Source: Candidatus Woesearchaeota archaeon
GTDB taxonomy: Archaea; Nanobdellota; Nanobdellia; CAZCWL01; CAZQAZ01
Assembly: GCA_964591855.1 (NCBI GenBank)
Contig: CAZQAZ010000001.1
Span: 7,591-71,590 of the forward strand
Reading direction: 5' to 3'
Length of the DNA stretch: 64,000 nt
Under the pieces are notes generated by a model, which was not told where the DNA came from, made no database searches, and was given only the letters and a program-made list of their open reading frames with translations. The translations under genes and the position numbers were made by a program. Within the stretch, counting starts at the first letter, position 1; every line of letters begins with the position of its first letter. Positions 38,985-47,838 of the stretch are shown here, piece after piece.

Positions 38985-39407
38985 ATGAAGGTGGAAGAAG
39001 ACCCATTGTTCCAAAGCTATAATCAGATCTTAGAGATCTGGGAAAATAGAGATACGAATCCTCTAGCTCATCTTGCCTTGATCCCTGTGGAGGCTGGGTT
39101 AAATGTTGTAAAGAAAAGATATGGAATCATAGAGACCCGTGCTCTTAACATGGTTAATAGCAAAGATGAAGAGATAGCAGGGCTTGGTGAGTGTGTCTAT
39201 AATGGTGTAAGAGATAGAAAGTTAAGAGAGCCTTTTGATCAACGTGTTGGCATTGCGACAGAGATGATAGGTCTTATAGGTATGATGAAGGAATATCTTG
39301 GAAATAGAAGAGAAATGGAGCCAAGTGAAAAAGAAAAAATTGAGACAAATATAGAGTTTGAATTGGGTAAGGTTAAACATCTTTTGGATGTTCTTTCTGG
39401 GGTATAA
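38985..39407 (+). CDS. Hypothetical protein.
   Basis: 140-aa ORF between galT-like and tRNA-Arg, no recognisable motifs. Stop abuts the tRNA on the opposite strand. Confidence 0.4.
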   Translation: MKVEEDPLFQSYNQILEIWENRDTNPLAHLALIPVEAGLNVVKKRYGIIETRALNMVNSKDEEIAGLGECVYNGVRDRKLREPFDQRVGIATEMIGLIGMMKEYLGNRREMEPSEKEKIETNIEFELGKVKHLLDVLSGV

Positions 39408-39408
39408 G

Positions 39409-39481
39409 TGCTCCCGCCGGGATTTGAACCCGGGCCACACGGACCGCAACCGTGCGTTCTTCCAGACTATACTACGGGAGC
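39409..39481 (-). tRNA. tRNA-Arg(GCG).
   Basis: Minus-strand read gctcccgtagtatagtctggaagaacgcacggttGCGgtccgtgtggcccgggTTCAAATcccggcgggagc + a. 7-bp acceptor stem, anticodon loop ttGCGgt. The D stem has one A-A mismatch. Confidence 0.75.
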
Positions 39482-39708
39482 ATGAAGATATTAAAATTCA
39501 AGAGATTTAATTCTTTTGAAAGTATGGTTGTACTGGGTGAGAAGGATCAAGTAGGCTCTTATTCCTCCAGAATATGTAAGCTTCTAAGTCCATACCTTCC
39601 ACATCTATGTTTACACCAAAAAGTCTTTCCATCTCTGGCAGACCTTCATCATATGGTCCTATCCCCTCCATAGAACTCAATCCACACACATAAATATAAA
39701 TTTTCTGA

Positions 39709-41790
39709 TTAGAAGAGAGTAGTCTGCCCTTCAGGAACAAGAGGGCTCTCCCTTAAGAGAGACTCTATTTTATACTTGTTTGATTTGTCTTGAAGTGGAA
39801 GGATTGTGTCTAAAAGTAAACCCACTTTACCACTCTTAAGGCTTCTCTTTCCATTGCTTTCCCTTCCAAAGAGACTATCCAATATCTCTTTGTGTCTTTT
39901 TACAAGAGGTACAACTTCATTCTTTCTCCTCCCCTTGATCTGGTTAGCTATAGACTTTTGCCTCTCTTTAAATAGGGAAGAGTAAACAAAGTAATCCATA
40001 CCAAGAGTAAACTCTTTAATTCTAAGTTCTTCGGGGACTCTTTCCTCTTTTAGTTCTTCTTTTATAACTTCAAGATAAGGAATTAAACTTTCTAGGTCGT
40101 TGTTAAAAACCATATTTAATACGCTGCCAAGGACTTGCTTCTCATAAGGAACTATGTAACCATAGTTCTTCCAAAAGTTTGCACCTATGGAAAATATCCT
40201 GCCTTTAGATTGGAAGAACACCACTCCCTTAGAGCACGATAACAAAACATCTGCAACATCGTATACAAAATAAGAATCAGATGGAATAACATCCTTAGCA
40301 AATAAAAAGTCCTTTGAGACATTTAAAACAACACTATCTTTGAGATCTTCCTTAAGTTTTTTCTTGTAGCTGTCTAATCTCTTTCTAAACTCATCTGGAT
40401 GAATTAAGTGCCTCTTGTAAAATTCTATATGTCCAAGTTCCCCACCTTCACACATCTCTAAGTCAAAAAGTAAGTCTTTAAGGAAGGCGCTGGCAACCTC
40501 TGTTTGAAGCACACCTTCCCCAAGAACATCTTCTAACCCAAAGAAGATGTCTCCTAGAAAAGAAAAGTTTGGATAAAGAACGTAAACGTCCTCAAACCTT
40601 CCTCTTATTATCTCTCTATTAAAGCTTTTCCAGACTTCTCTCATGAACTTCTCTTTAGGGTCAAATTTCTCGAACTTCTTTCTGTCAATTTGGTGTTTTG
40701 GTCTTGAGTAACCTAAGGACCAGAAGTATCTCTCCTTGTACTTCTGGACGAGCCTCTCATATGATGTTGCTCCAAATGTCGAAGGATCTACTCCCAAAGC
40801 CATGGACAAAGATAATACGTCTTCAATTATGTCCATGCCTATGCCGTAACTTAACTGCACATCTTTCATGTTGTACTCAAGTATTGTTCTTTTCGCTTCG
40901 TCGTTGCCCTCTAAAGCTTTCTCAAGATGGCGTGCAAGCTCTTCATGTGAAAGAGCTTTAGTATCGTTTTTCAGATATTCGGCAAGTGTGCTTAGCTTAG
41001 CATTTGGAAAAATCTTGAAGAGAGAAGGGATGTATGTATCTATGAGTATTCTTCCATCGAGCACAAGCTTTGGAGGGAAGAACCTACCTAATTTTTTTGG
41101 AGGTTTTTTGTTCGGTCCTATATTAAATCCTCTTGGATGTTTCTCCATAAGCTTTGGAAGATCGAAGCCTCTTAAGTTTTGATTCATGATTATTAATGGA
41201 TCAACTTTCATAACAAACCTTCTAAACTTTTCAATCAAATCCATCTCATTATCTGCGACAATAACACTGTAACTTGTATCAACTTCAAATTCTGTGGTGG
41301 TGTATATTCTTTCATCCACTACATCCCCATCTTGGGCAGTAAGCACAGCTATAGAATACACTTCGTCTTTAAAAGGATACTTTGTTTCTATGTCGAAGCA
41401 TAAGAGCTTATCATTTAGCAGATCTTCCAAACTCGCCTTACCAAGAACATTAAGATCATCATCGACAATCGATAGTGGAAAGCCAAGTTTCCACCTAAGA
41501 ATCTCTAAATAACTTGGCTTCTCTTTAGGGAAGCCCCTTACGAACCTTTTTCTTAAATCGAAATACCTTTTTGGAAGATTGACCTCTAGAGAGCGATTTG
41601 TAACACCTAGCTTTCTTTGTTTCATGAAGGCCTTTAGATTTCCATATGATTCGTAAAGCTCTTCAATTTTGGACTTTGTGTTGGGATAAGAATAAAAGGT
41701 GTATGGGATTCTATGGGGTAAAACTTTTGATTTGCCATAGTCCCTCAGAATGACTTCTTTGTTTGTCACACCCGTTAGTAGGTATTCCAT
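39709..41790 (-). CDS. Compact family-B DNA polymerase-like protein (693 aa). Exonuclease motifs are intact and motif A is present, but motif C is degenerate.
   Basis: Collinear with archaeal PolB. N-terminal IPYTFYSY. Exo I LLCFDIETKYPF. Exo II IIMNQNLRGFDLPKL. GRILIDTY then Exo III EYNMKDVQLSYG. Motif A-like EDVYVLYPNFSF with Asp retained. Motif B-like SIGANFWKNYGY. No YxDTD motif C was found; the nearest is VFNNDLES. Confidence 0.6.
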   Translation of the reverse strand: MEYLLTGVTNKEVILRDYGKSKVLPHRIPYTFYSYPNTKSKIEELYESYGNLKAFMKQRKLGVTNRSLEVNLPKRYFDLRKRFVRGFPKEKPSYLEILRWKLGFPLSIVDDDLNVLGKASLEDLLNDKLLCFDIETKYPFKDEVYSIAVLTAQDGDVVDERIYTTTEFEVDTSYSVIVADNEMDLIEKFRRFVMKVDPLIIMNQNLRGFDLPKLMEKHPRGFNIGPNKKPPKKLGRFFPPKLVLDGRILIDTYIPSLFKIFPNAKLSTLAEYLKNDTKALSHEELARHLEKALEGNDEAKRTILEYNMKDVQLSYGIGMDIIEDVLSLSMALGVDPSTFGATSYERLVQKYKERYFWSLGYSRPKHQIDRKKFEKFDPKEKFMREVWKSFNREIIRGRFEDVYVLYPNFSFLGDIFFGLEDVLGEGVLQTEVASAFLKDLLFDLEMCEGGELGHIEFYKRHLIHPDEFRKRLDSYKKKLKEDLKDSVVLNVSKDFLFAKDVIPSDSYFVYDVADVLLSCSKGVVFFQSKGRIFSIGANFWKNYGYIVPYEKQVLGSVLNMVFNNDLESLIPYLEVIKEELKEERVPEELRIKEFTLGMDYFVYSSLFKERQKSIANQIKGRRKNEVVPLVKRHKEILDSLFGRESNGKRSLKSGKVGLLLDTILPLQDKSNKYKIESLLRESPLVPEGQTTLF

Positions 41791-41810
41791 ATTAATTGGT
41801 CTCGAAAAAA

Positions 41811-41822
41811 CTTTAAATTTAT
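41811..41822. promoter_or_regulatory. TATA-like element in the 36-nt divergent gap between the PolB-like gene and ORF 41827.
   Basis: ctttaaattta. On the minus strand this reads taaatttaaag about 22 nt upstream of the PolB-like ATG (41790), consistent with a leaderless or short-leader transcript. Confidence 0.3.
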
Positions 41823-41826
41823 TCCG

Positions 41827-42771
41827 ATGTGGAGTTTTATGTCCAGAGTCCCAAGAGCATGGAGATTCTCAGATCCAACTAAATGGGAAAGAATTACTCC
41901 AGTTGAACCTTGTGCTAAGTATCCTAGAAGTAAAATAGAATGGTACATGGAGGTCAACAACAACCATAAGTCAAGAACACCCAGGATTTATTCCATATAT
42001 GAGGACTTATTCGAGCAGAACTTAGGGAAGCTAGAAGAATACGAGGTTATTTTTATAACAGGTCTATCTCCAGACCTAACAGAGGTTCCAAACCCATTTG
42101 GCTTCTATCCCAAAACAAGGGGTTTAGACTTGTTCCAAGATCAGAATAGACTGTCGAATGAGATAATGAAAATACATGCAGAGCTTGGGCCAGAGAAGCT
42201 TGAACACATACTTTACTTCCCTATTGCTCCGATAAGTATGCCTGCAAGAATAAAAAAGAAAGGTGATCTTTTGATTTTAGAGCATCCACTAAGGGAAGTC
42301 GTGGACGAGGCCAATAGGAGAAATGGCAGGGGGTTTGGAAGGACGTATAAGATACTAGACCTAAAAAGTAAAAGGTTTGATCTCACACCACACCTTGGTA
42401 ATTATGAATTCTCAAGGTTTTATTATCAGAAGCCACAAAGTGGGCGAGATTTTTACGATGATAATGAACCACAAATATATGAGATATGCAGAAAGTACGA
42501 CATAACCAGAGATGAGCTGCCTTATCTTGTTGGGCTGGCAAGATACATTCACAGGAGAATGTTGGGTGAGAGATTAAAAAGATATGTAGACATTCTTGGA
42601 CTTGAAAACCCACCATTGTATGCCTTAAACACATCTTATGCTTTTGACGTGATGAAAGATGTAGCTTGTACTTCACTTAAGATTGGAAGAAACTTGGAAT
42701 TTCCACACTTAGGCGAGGCGGAGCCATCGGCTCTTAATGTGCTGAAAGGTTATTTGGAGGAGTTCATATGA
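41827..42771 (+). CDS. Hypothetical protein, first gene of an operon divergent from the PolB-like gene.
   Basis: 314 aa, no recognisable motifs. Stop overlaps the next ORF start (ATGA). Confidence 0.45.
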   Translation: MWSFMSRVPRAWRFSDPTKWERITPVEPCAKYPRSKIEWYMEVNNNHKSRTPRIYSIYEDLFEQNLGKLEEYEVIFITGLSPDLTEVPNPFGFYPKTRGLDLFQDQNRLSNEIMKIHAELGPEKLEHILYFPIAPISMPARIKKKGDLLILEHPLREVVDEANRRNGRGFGRTYKILDLKSKRFDLTPHLGNYEFSRFYYQKPQSGRDFYDDNEPQIYEICRKYDITRDELPYLVGLARYIHRRMLGERLKRYVDILGLENPPLYALNTSYAFDVMKDVACTSLKIGRNLEFPHLGEAEPSALNVLKGYLEEFI

Positions 42772-43838
42772 AAAAGTGTCCACACTTTCCATTTATGTGT
42801 GACAGGAATGTGTGTGTTAAGGACGATGATAGATATACATGTGGGTATGATCTACTCAGTCTTTTAGACGAAGAAGATGTTAAGCTATTTGAAGACGATG
42901 CAAAGAAGAATGGGTACCTTGCTTTTCCAATAGAGCTTGGCTTGGCGATGCTGAGATACACTAGTCCAGATGTTTTCTTAGAGGATGGAAAGTCTATCTC
43001 GCTTAGAAAAATATTGGAGGACTATCCCATCTATCCACATGAGATAACTTCTGGAGTAGAACATGAGAAGTATAATTTAACAGCCAGCGAGTTCAATACA
43101 CCTTGTGTGCTTTCAAGAATAATCCAAAAGACAAACTTGGATAGCAAGAATGTCTATGCAAGAATAGGAAGGGTAATACACTTCTTGATGAATGAGCAAT
43201 TGGACAAGCTAATACACAATGAAACACTTTTGAGGATGGGGGCTCCAGCTATGGACAGAAGGATGTATTGTGAAAGAACCTTGGAGTTTGTACACAAAGA
43301 CATCATTGTTCATGGCCATCCTGATGCAATGTTTGAAGTCAAAGACATGCTTGGAGTTTTTGACAACAAGAGATCTATGCATGTTAAGCATACTTACTTT
43401 ACACAGGAGACCATCTACGCCTTAGCCGAAGATCCAAATAGGGAGAGATACTTATTAGTAGTTGCTACTAGACCATATGGTGAGATAGAGTTTGCTGAGA
43501 GACTCCCTAACTTAGATGTAGCTTTGATAAGGAGAGGTGGAGAGGTTATAAGGAGAACACTTAAGGACATAGAAGAATCTTATATGAGACAAGCAGAACT
43601 TTTAAGATCAGATAACCCATTTAAACACGTAAACAAAAGGAACTGCGTAACAAGCTCTGGACCATGTTTTAACTATGAGATATGTAAAGAGCTGTACAAT
43701 CTATGGAGGATTGAGAGAACAGAGCTTATAGACTTGCTAAATGACAAATACACTGAGGAGGTTATGGTTGATAAAGGCTTCCTTGAGAGGGGAAAACACA
43801 TATTACCAAAGAAGCTGGCCCTTCCGCAAGATTTATAA
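42768..43838 (+). CDS. Cys-rich putative PD-(D/E)xK nuclease (Cas4/RecB-like) (tentative).
   Basis: 356 aa. N-terminal Cys cluster CPHFPFMCDRNVCVKDDDRYTCGY. Candidate nuclease motifs IIVHGHPDAMFEVKD / VFDNK (D...D/ExK) and QETIY (QxxxY). C-terminal C-x5-C-x5-C (NCVTSSGPCFNYEIC). The layout resembles Cas4/AddB-type Fe-S nucleases, but this rests on motifs only. Confidence 0.35.
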   Translation: MKKCPHFPFMCDRNVCVKDDDRYTCGYDLLSLLDEEDVKLFEDDAKKNGYLAFPIELGLAMLRYTSPDVFLEDGKSISLRKILEDYPIYPHEITSGVEHEKYNLTASEFNTPCVLSRIIQKTNLDSKNVYARIGRVIHFLMNEQLDKLIHNETLLRMGAPAMDRRMYCERTLEFVHKDIIVHGHPDAMFEVKDMLGVFDNKRSMHVKHTYFTQETIYALAEDPNRERYLLVVATRPYGEIEFAERLPNLDVALIRRGGEVIRRTLKDIEESYMRQAELLRSDNPFKHVNKRNCVTSSGPCFNYEICKELYNLWRIERTELIDLLNDKYTEEVMVDKGFLERGKHILPKKLALPQDL

Positions 43839-43846
43839 TTCTGCAC

Positions 43847-44131
43847 GTGAGACATTTCTTGATGGAGAAGGAAAATCTTGAGATGGAAGTCCTAAAGGAT
43901 AGTATAAGCGTTAGCGTAGAGGGCTTATTACTTCCAAGATACACTTTGGAATATCTCTTACGTGTTAAAGTGAATGGAAAAGATTACCTTGTGAAAGAGG
44001 AGAGGAAGGCATATACTTACTTAGGTATGAGGTGGTATATCGAGAAAAAGCTTTCCACCTATGGGGATGAAGTGTATAAAAAGGCGCTGAGGTTACTTAA
44101 TGAGGAATGGAAGAAGTGGAATAATTTTTAG
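43847..44131 (+). CDS. Small hypothetical protein.
   Basis: 94-aa ORF completing the 41827-44131 co-directional cluster. Confidence 0.35.
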   Translation: MRHFLMEKENLEMEVLKDSISVSVEGLLLPRYTLEYLLRVKVNGKDYLVKEERKAYTYLGMRWYIEKKLSTYGDEVYKKALRLLNEEWKKWNNF

Positions 44132-44138
44132 ATCCGAT

Positions 44139-45674
44139 TTACTCTTTAATTATTCTGCTCATTATGTCTGCGAATGCTGGTCTTGTTATAAACACACCTA
44201 TTGATATAGCTATTATTGTTGTGATTGCAAATCCTCTTAATATTCCTGCTCCAGCAAATGCAAGGGGTATCATTGCTGCTATTGATGAAACAAATGCAGC
44301 AACCACTATGAAGAAAGCTCTTTTAATTCTGTTCTTAATTGAAGTTTCTTCTTCCTTCGATCTTCCCCTTAAAAGCTCATCAACTATCACTATCTGATCG
44401 TCTAAACCTGTACCAACTGCTGCCAACAAACCTGCTATCGATGGAAGATCCATAGTCCAGTGTATTATGCAAGCTATGCCAAGCGTGGCGACTATTTCTA
44501 ATAAAGCTATAAGAACCATAGGTAGGAATATCTTTATACTTCTATACCTTATTAACATCACCACATCAACGAAAACTATAGCAAGTATGAACACCATGAA
44601 TACATTCTTAGCAAATTCTTTACCAAGTAAAGGAGATACTGTGTTCATCTTCTCAACTTCTAATGATACAGGTAAGGAACCTGACTGAAGAATGGCTTGC
44701 ATTCTTTTTAGTTCACTCTCAGCTTCAATTTGTGTAGCTCTAGTACCTGTGATAACAGCAGATGTAACTATCTTCCCCTTTAGATTAGAGACGATGTTAA
44801 GTGAACCTCCTTCTACAGGTTTGCCATCTATATAAAAATCAAGTGTTTCGTTAAGGTAGCATTGTTGTCCTCTGCAGACTTCAGATAATCCAGCCGTTAC
44901 ATTAGCGAATCTCTCGGCAGCCTTCTGAGATATGTCAATCTGTAGTGAATATTGCCATAACTCTTGCCCAGAGCTGGTTACTATTCTATTTATAGTTCTT
45001 GTACACTGTGGAGGACCGCTTAAACAGATACCAACTATGTCTGTACCACTAAAGACTGTTGTATTCCCAATCTTAGCTTCAAACTTTCCTTGCTGGCTTA
45101 GTAACCTCTCAACTTCTTCTCTTGACACACCCGCAAACTCAATTCTTATGTACTGCTTTCCATCCAACCCTTTGATTGGGGTAACTGGTATTTCTTTGAG
45201 ACCATAAACATTAAGTCTCTGCCTTAAGATGCTAAGAAGACTTTCCATTTCCTTGTCGTTAAGTGGTCTCTCAGGCCTTAACAGAACTTCAGTACCACCC
45301 ACAATCTCCAACCCAAATTCTACATTGGTCCTTTTAACATCTGATACGGTCAAGCCAAGAGTGTCATTTATTTTGAATGGGTAAGCTTCCACAGTTTTGT
45401 AGACGTAAGGGAACTTCTTAACTTTGTATTTCACATAGACTATAGAGTTGTTAAGAGATCTTTCAATGGAATAATAATCAGTCACATCTTTTACTTCCAT
45501 ACCATTTATCTCAGTTATAATTGCACCTATTGGAATGTACTTTGATCCAGGCATAACAGCTTGCTTCACAACGACACCGCTTGGGTGTAGTTTAGGCTCT
45601 ATGGCTAATACTGAGAACACTGCAAGTAGTATAACAAGTATTATCTTCCAGTCTCTTAGTATTTTAATCCCCAT
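44139..45674 (-). CDS. secD: Protein-export membrane protein SecD.
   Basis: 511 aa. N-terminal TM, large periplasmic domain, C-terminal 6-TM region with GLDDQIVIVDELL and FFIVVAAFVSSIAAMIPLAFAGAGILRGFAITTII, as in archaeal SecD. Confidence 0.8.
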   Translation of the reverse strand: MGIKILRDWKIILVILLAVFSVLAIEPKLHPSGVVVKQAVMPGSKYIPIGAIITEINGMEVKDVTDYYSIERSLNNSIVYVKYKVKKFPYVYKTVEAYPFKINDTLGLTVSDVKRTNVEFGLEIVGGTEVLLRPERPLNDKEMESLLSILRQRLNVYGLKEIPVTPIKGLDGKQYIRIEFAGVSREEVERLLSQQGKFEAKIGNTTVFSGTDIVGICLSGPPQCTRTINRIVTSSGQELWQYSLQIDISQKAAERFANVTAGLSEVCRGQQCYLNETLDFYIDGKPVEGGSLNIVSNLKGKIVTSAVITGTRATQIEAESELKRMQAILQSGSLPVSLEVEKMNTVSPLLGKEFAKNVFMVFILAIVFVDVVMLIRYRSIKIFLPMVLIALLEIVATLGIACIIHWTMDLPSIAGLLAAVGTGLDDQIVIVDELLRGRSKEEETSIKNRIKRAFFIVVAAFVSSIAAMIPLAFAGAGILRGFAITTIIAISIGVFITRPAFADIMSRIIKE

Positions 45675-46563
45675 GTTTCTCTACCCACAACCTCTGTAGT
45701 CCATTGTTCCATATAAGAGTGAAGATCTCATCAAAGAATATACCCATTATAAGAATTGTTGCAATGTGTTGAATTATAGCTACGTTACTTAAGGCAAGCA
45801 TTGTGAAGTATACTGTGTATGAGGATAGGTCTTGTGTTAATTCTGTTTTAAGAGCCTTTCTTATTCTGTAGCTCAAACTTCCTTCCCTTCTTTTTAAGAT
45901 GTTTGTTGATAGGAGTATGTTGGAGTCTGTTGAGTAACCGACTATCATAAGCAAAGCACCTATTGTTGCTGTGGTGAACTTAATCCCCAATAAATTCATT
46001 AGACCAAGTATACATATTATGTCTCCCACGACACTTATTATAATAGCAAATGTGGCGAAGATATTTCTAAAGTAGTAATATGAAACAAGTGAGACTAAAA
46101 GGAAGGAGAACATAAGTATGTACACTATTTCATGGAAGAAAGTCTTTGCTAAACTTGGACCTTGATATCCTATACTAACATCCTCCTCTGGTAGGGGATG
46201 AAATATTGAACTTAGTTTGTTCATTATCATTGTTTTGTTTTCATTTATGTCAAGCTGCATTGAATACCCAACCACTCTGTTACTAAAAGGTTCTGTGAGA
46301 ACTCTAACAGTCACATCATCTGTGCCAAAGACTTGCTTTAACTTAGATTCGAGCAAGTGTGGGTCCATGCTCTCATTTGTGGTTACGGTTATAGTTGTTC
46401 CTCCTTTGAGTGAGACGTCTTTATCTATGAATTCACCTGTTTTTATTTTGTTATTAAGAAGGACTGCTCCAAAGACTATGACAAGAATTAAAGGAATGAT
46501 CATAAGTTTCTTGTAATTGGCCATGTAATAGGACCAAAACTTTTCAAAGCCCTTGCGTATCAT
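45664..46563 (-). CDS. secF: Protein-export membrane protein SecF.
   Basis: 299 aa. N-terminal TM, small periplasmic domain, C-terminal TM bundle (GLMNLLGIKFTTATIGALLMIVGYSTD). Immediately upstream of secD and overlapping it by 11 nt, as in archaeal secF-secD pairs. Confidence 0.8.
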   Translation of the reverse strand: MIRKGFEKFWSYYMANYKKLMIIPLILVIVFGAVLLNNKIKTGEFIDKDVSLKGGTTITVTTNESMDPHLLESKLKQVFGTDDVTVRVLTEPFSNRVVGYSMQLDINENKTMIMNKLSSIFHPLPEEDVSIGYQGPSLAKTFFHEIVYILMFSFLLVSLVSYYYFRNIFATFAIIISVVGDIICILGLMNLLGIKFTTATIGALLMIVGYSTDSNILLSTNILKRREGSLSYRIRKALKTELTQDLSSYTVYFTMLALSNVAIIQHIATILIMGIFFDEIFTLIWNNGLQRLWVEKHGD

Positions 46564-46586
46564 CGTATCTTCTAAATGTTTTCTTA

Positions 46587-46606
46587 CTTATAAATATTTA
46601 TAAAGG
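46587..46606. promoter_or_regulatory. Palindromic A/T TATA-like element in the divergent secF / envelope-operon intergenic region (possible bidirectional promoter).
   Basis: cttataaatatttataaagg; the core ttataaat|atttataa is a perfect 16-nt palindrome. It sits about 25 nt upstream of secF ATG (minus strand) and about 22 nt upstream of ATG 46627 (plus strand). Confidence 0.4.
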
Positions 46607-46626
46607 TGGAGCTTCTTGTAAGAAAT

Positions 46627-47838
46627 ATGAGAAAAGCGTACAAAGCTGCTCCTCTGATCGTTATAGCCATGGCGGGCATGATAATATTCTACCTTATTAT
46701 GATATACCCAACAGAAAGAGCAGAGTTATTGGGTTATTTACATAACAACACATCAATTGGACAGCAGTATATACACACGCGTTCTGTTACTCCCGGGGCA
46801 ATAGTTGATACTTACTCTAGTATAGGGTATGTTGGGCAGGCAATGGGTCAAGAGTTAGATAAGATAGTGATATCCAAAGTAGATTTGGAGTACCCTTTAG
46901 TCAAAACTCAAAAAAAAACTGTTTCTTCTTTTGTTTTGACTTCAAACATACTAAGAGCAACGCCCTATGAGACTTATGTAGACATAGAACCCTCAGCAAG
47001 CAGTGCTGAGGTTGAGATAGATATTGGAGACGTTTCTGGAACCCCAAAGCTTATAGTGGAATTCAATGGCAATACAATATTTTATTCATCTGTTCAATCT
47101 GGTGAGAAGCTTAAGATAAAAGTTCCAAAGTCCATGCTATCAGCAGTTAACACTCTGACTTTGCGTTCAAAGTTTGTTGGCGTGAACATATTCTCAACGC
47201 AGACAATTACAGTGCAAGAAGTGAGAGTTTACTCCATAATGTATGATCCTTTAAGAGCAAAGGATAGTTATTACAGAGACTTAAGTGTGGATCCAAAGGG
47301 TTTTGGCTCAATGGTTTTATCCTTTGGCACCACTTCTCTTGGGGAGGCAGCTAAGGTAAAGATCACACTCAACGGAAAGACCATCTTTAATAAAGTTCCA
47401 AATGAATTAGAATCCATGAGGAGTGGCCTTGTTGGAATACCCTTACGTAAAACAAATAACTTAATAACATTCGAAACAGAGAAGGGAGGAGTTTACACTT
47501 TAGACAATGTTAAGTTCTCATTCTATGCTGAAAAGACAGGTAGGGCTCAGCAAAAAATAGTATTTGATGTCCCAGCGGATGTTTTTGCTTACGATAAAAA
47601 TGTTACAATAACTGCTTACATCGGTGAGGTTTTAATACCAGGTACTTTGGAGTTCAACTTAGAGTACCCAGGTGTTTCTTACATAGCTGACATAAGCTCA
47701 AAACCTGGACCTGTTACAGTACAAATAGAAGATCCACAAACAGAGTTAAGACCTTATGGTAACTTGTTAATCTTAGATTCTCCAGATGGAAGGTTTAGAG
47801 TCGATAAGATTGAGATAAAAGTAGAAGATGTTGAGTGA
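46627..47838 (+). CDS. N-terminally anchored extracellular protein (hypothetical), first gene of a 6.5-kb envelope-protein operon.
   Basis: ATG 46627 (MRKAYKAAPLIVIAMAGMIIFYLIMIY, TM). The track start GTG 46606 lies only about 5 nt from the palindromic TATA, so ATG 46627 is preferred. The large ectodomain has sequons. Confidence 0.5.
   Translation: MRKAYKAAPLIVIAMAGMIIFYLIMIYPTERAELLGYLHNNTSIGQQYIHTRSVTPGAIVDTYSSIGYVGQAMGQELDKIVISKVDLEYPLVKTQKKTVSSFVLTSNILRATPYETYVDIEPSASSAEVEIDIGDVSGTPKLIVEFNGNTIFYSSVQSGEKLKIKVPKSMLSAVNTLTLRSKFVGVNIFSTQTITVQEVRVYSIMYDPLRAKDSYYRDLSVDPKGFGSMVLSFGTTSLGEAAKVKITLNGKTIFNKVPNELESMRSGLVGIPLRKTNNLITFETEKGGVYTLDNVKFSFYAEKTGRAQQKIVFDVPADVFAYDKNVTITAYIGEVLIPGTLEFNLEYPGVSYIADISSKPGPVTVQIEDPQTELRPYGNLLILDSPDGRFRVDKIEIKVEDVE

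Noticed and set aside
39452-39740. Overlapping small ORFs 39452-39673 (+) and 39507-39740 (-) between tRNA-Arg(GCG) and the PolB-like gene.
   Set aside because: They are mutually overlapping and have no motifs. The minus one runs into the PolB-like 3' end. They could be real, but there is no support.
37951-44138. Integrated mobile element at the tRNA-Arg genes carrying the PolB-like and nuclease genes.
   Set aside because: No integrase, cas1, terminal inverted repeats or duplicated tRNA 3'-end segment could be seen. This is kept only as a low-interest contextual note.
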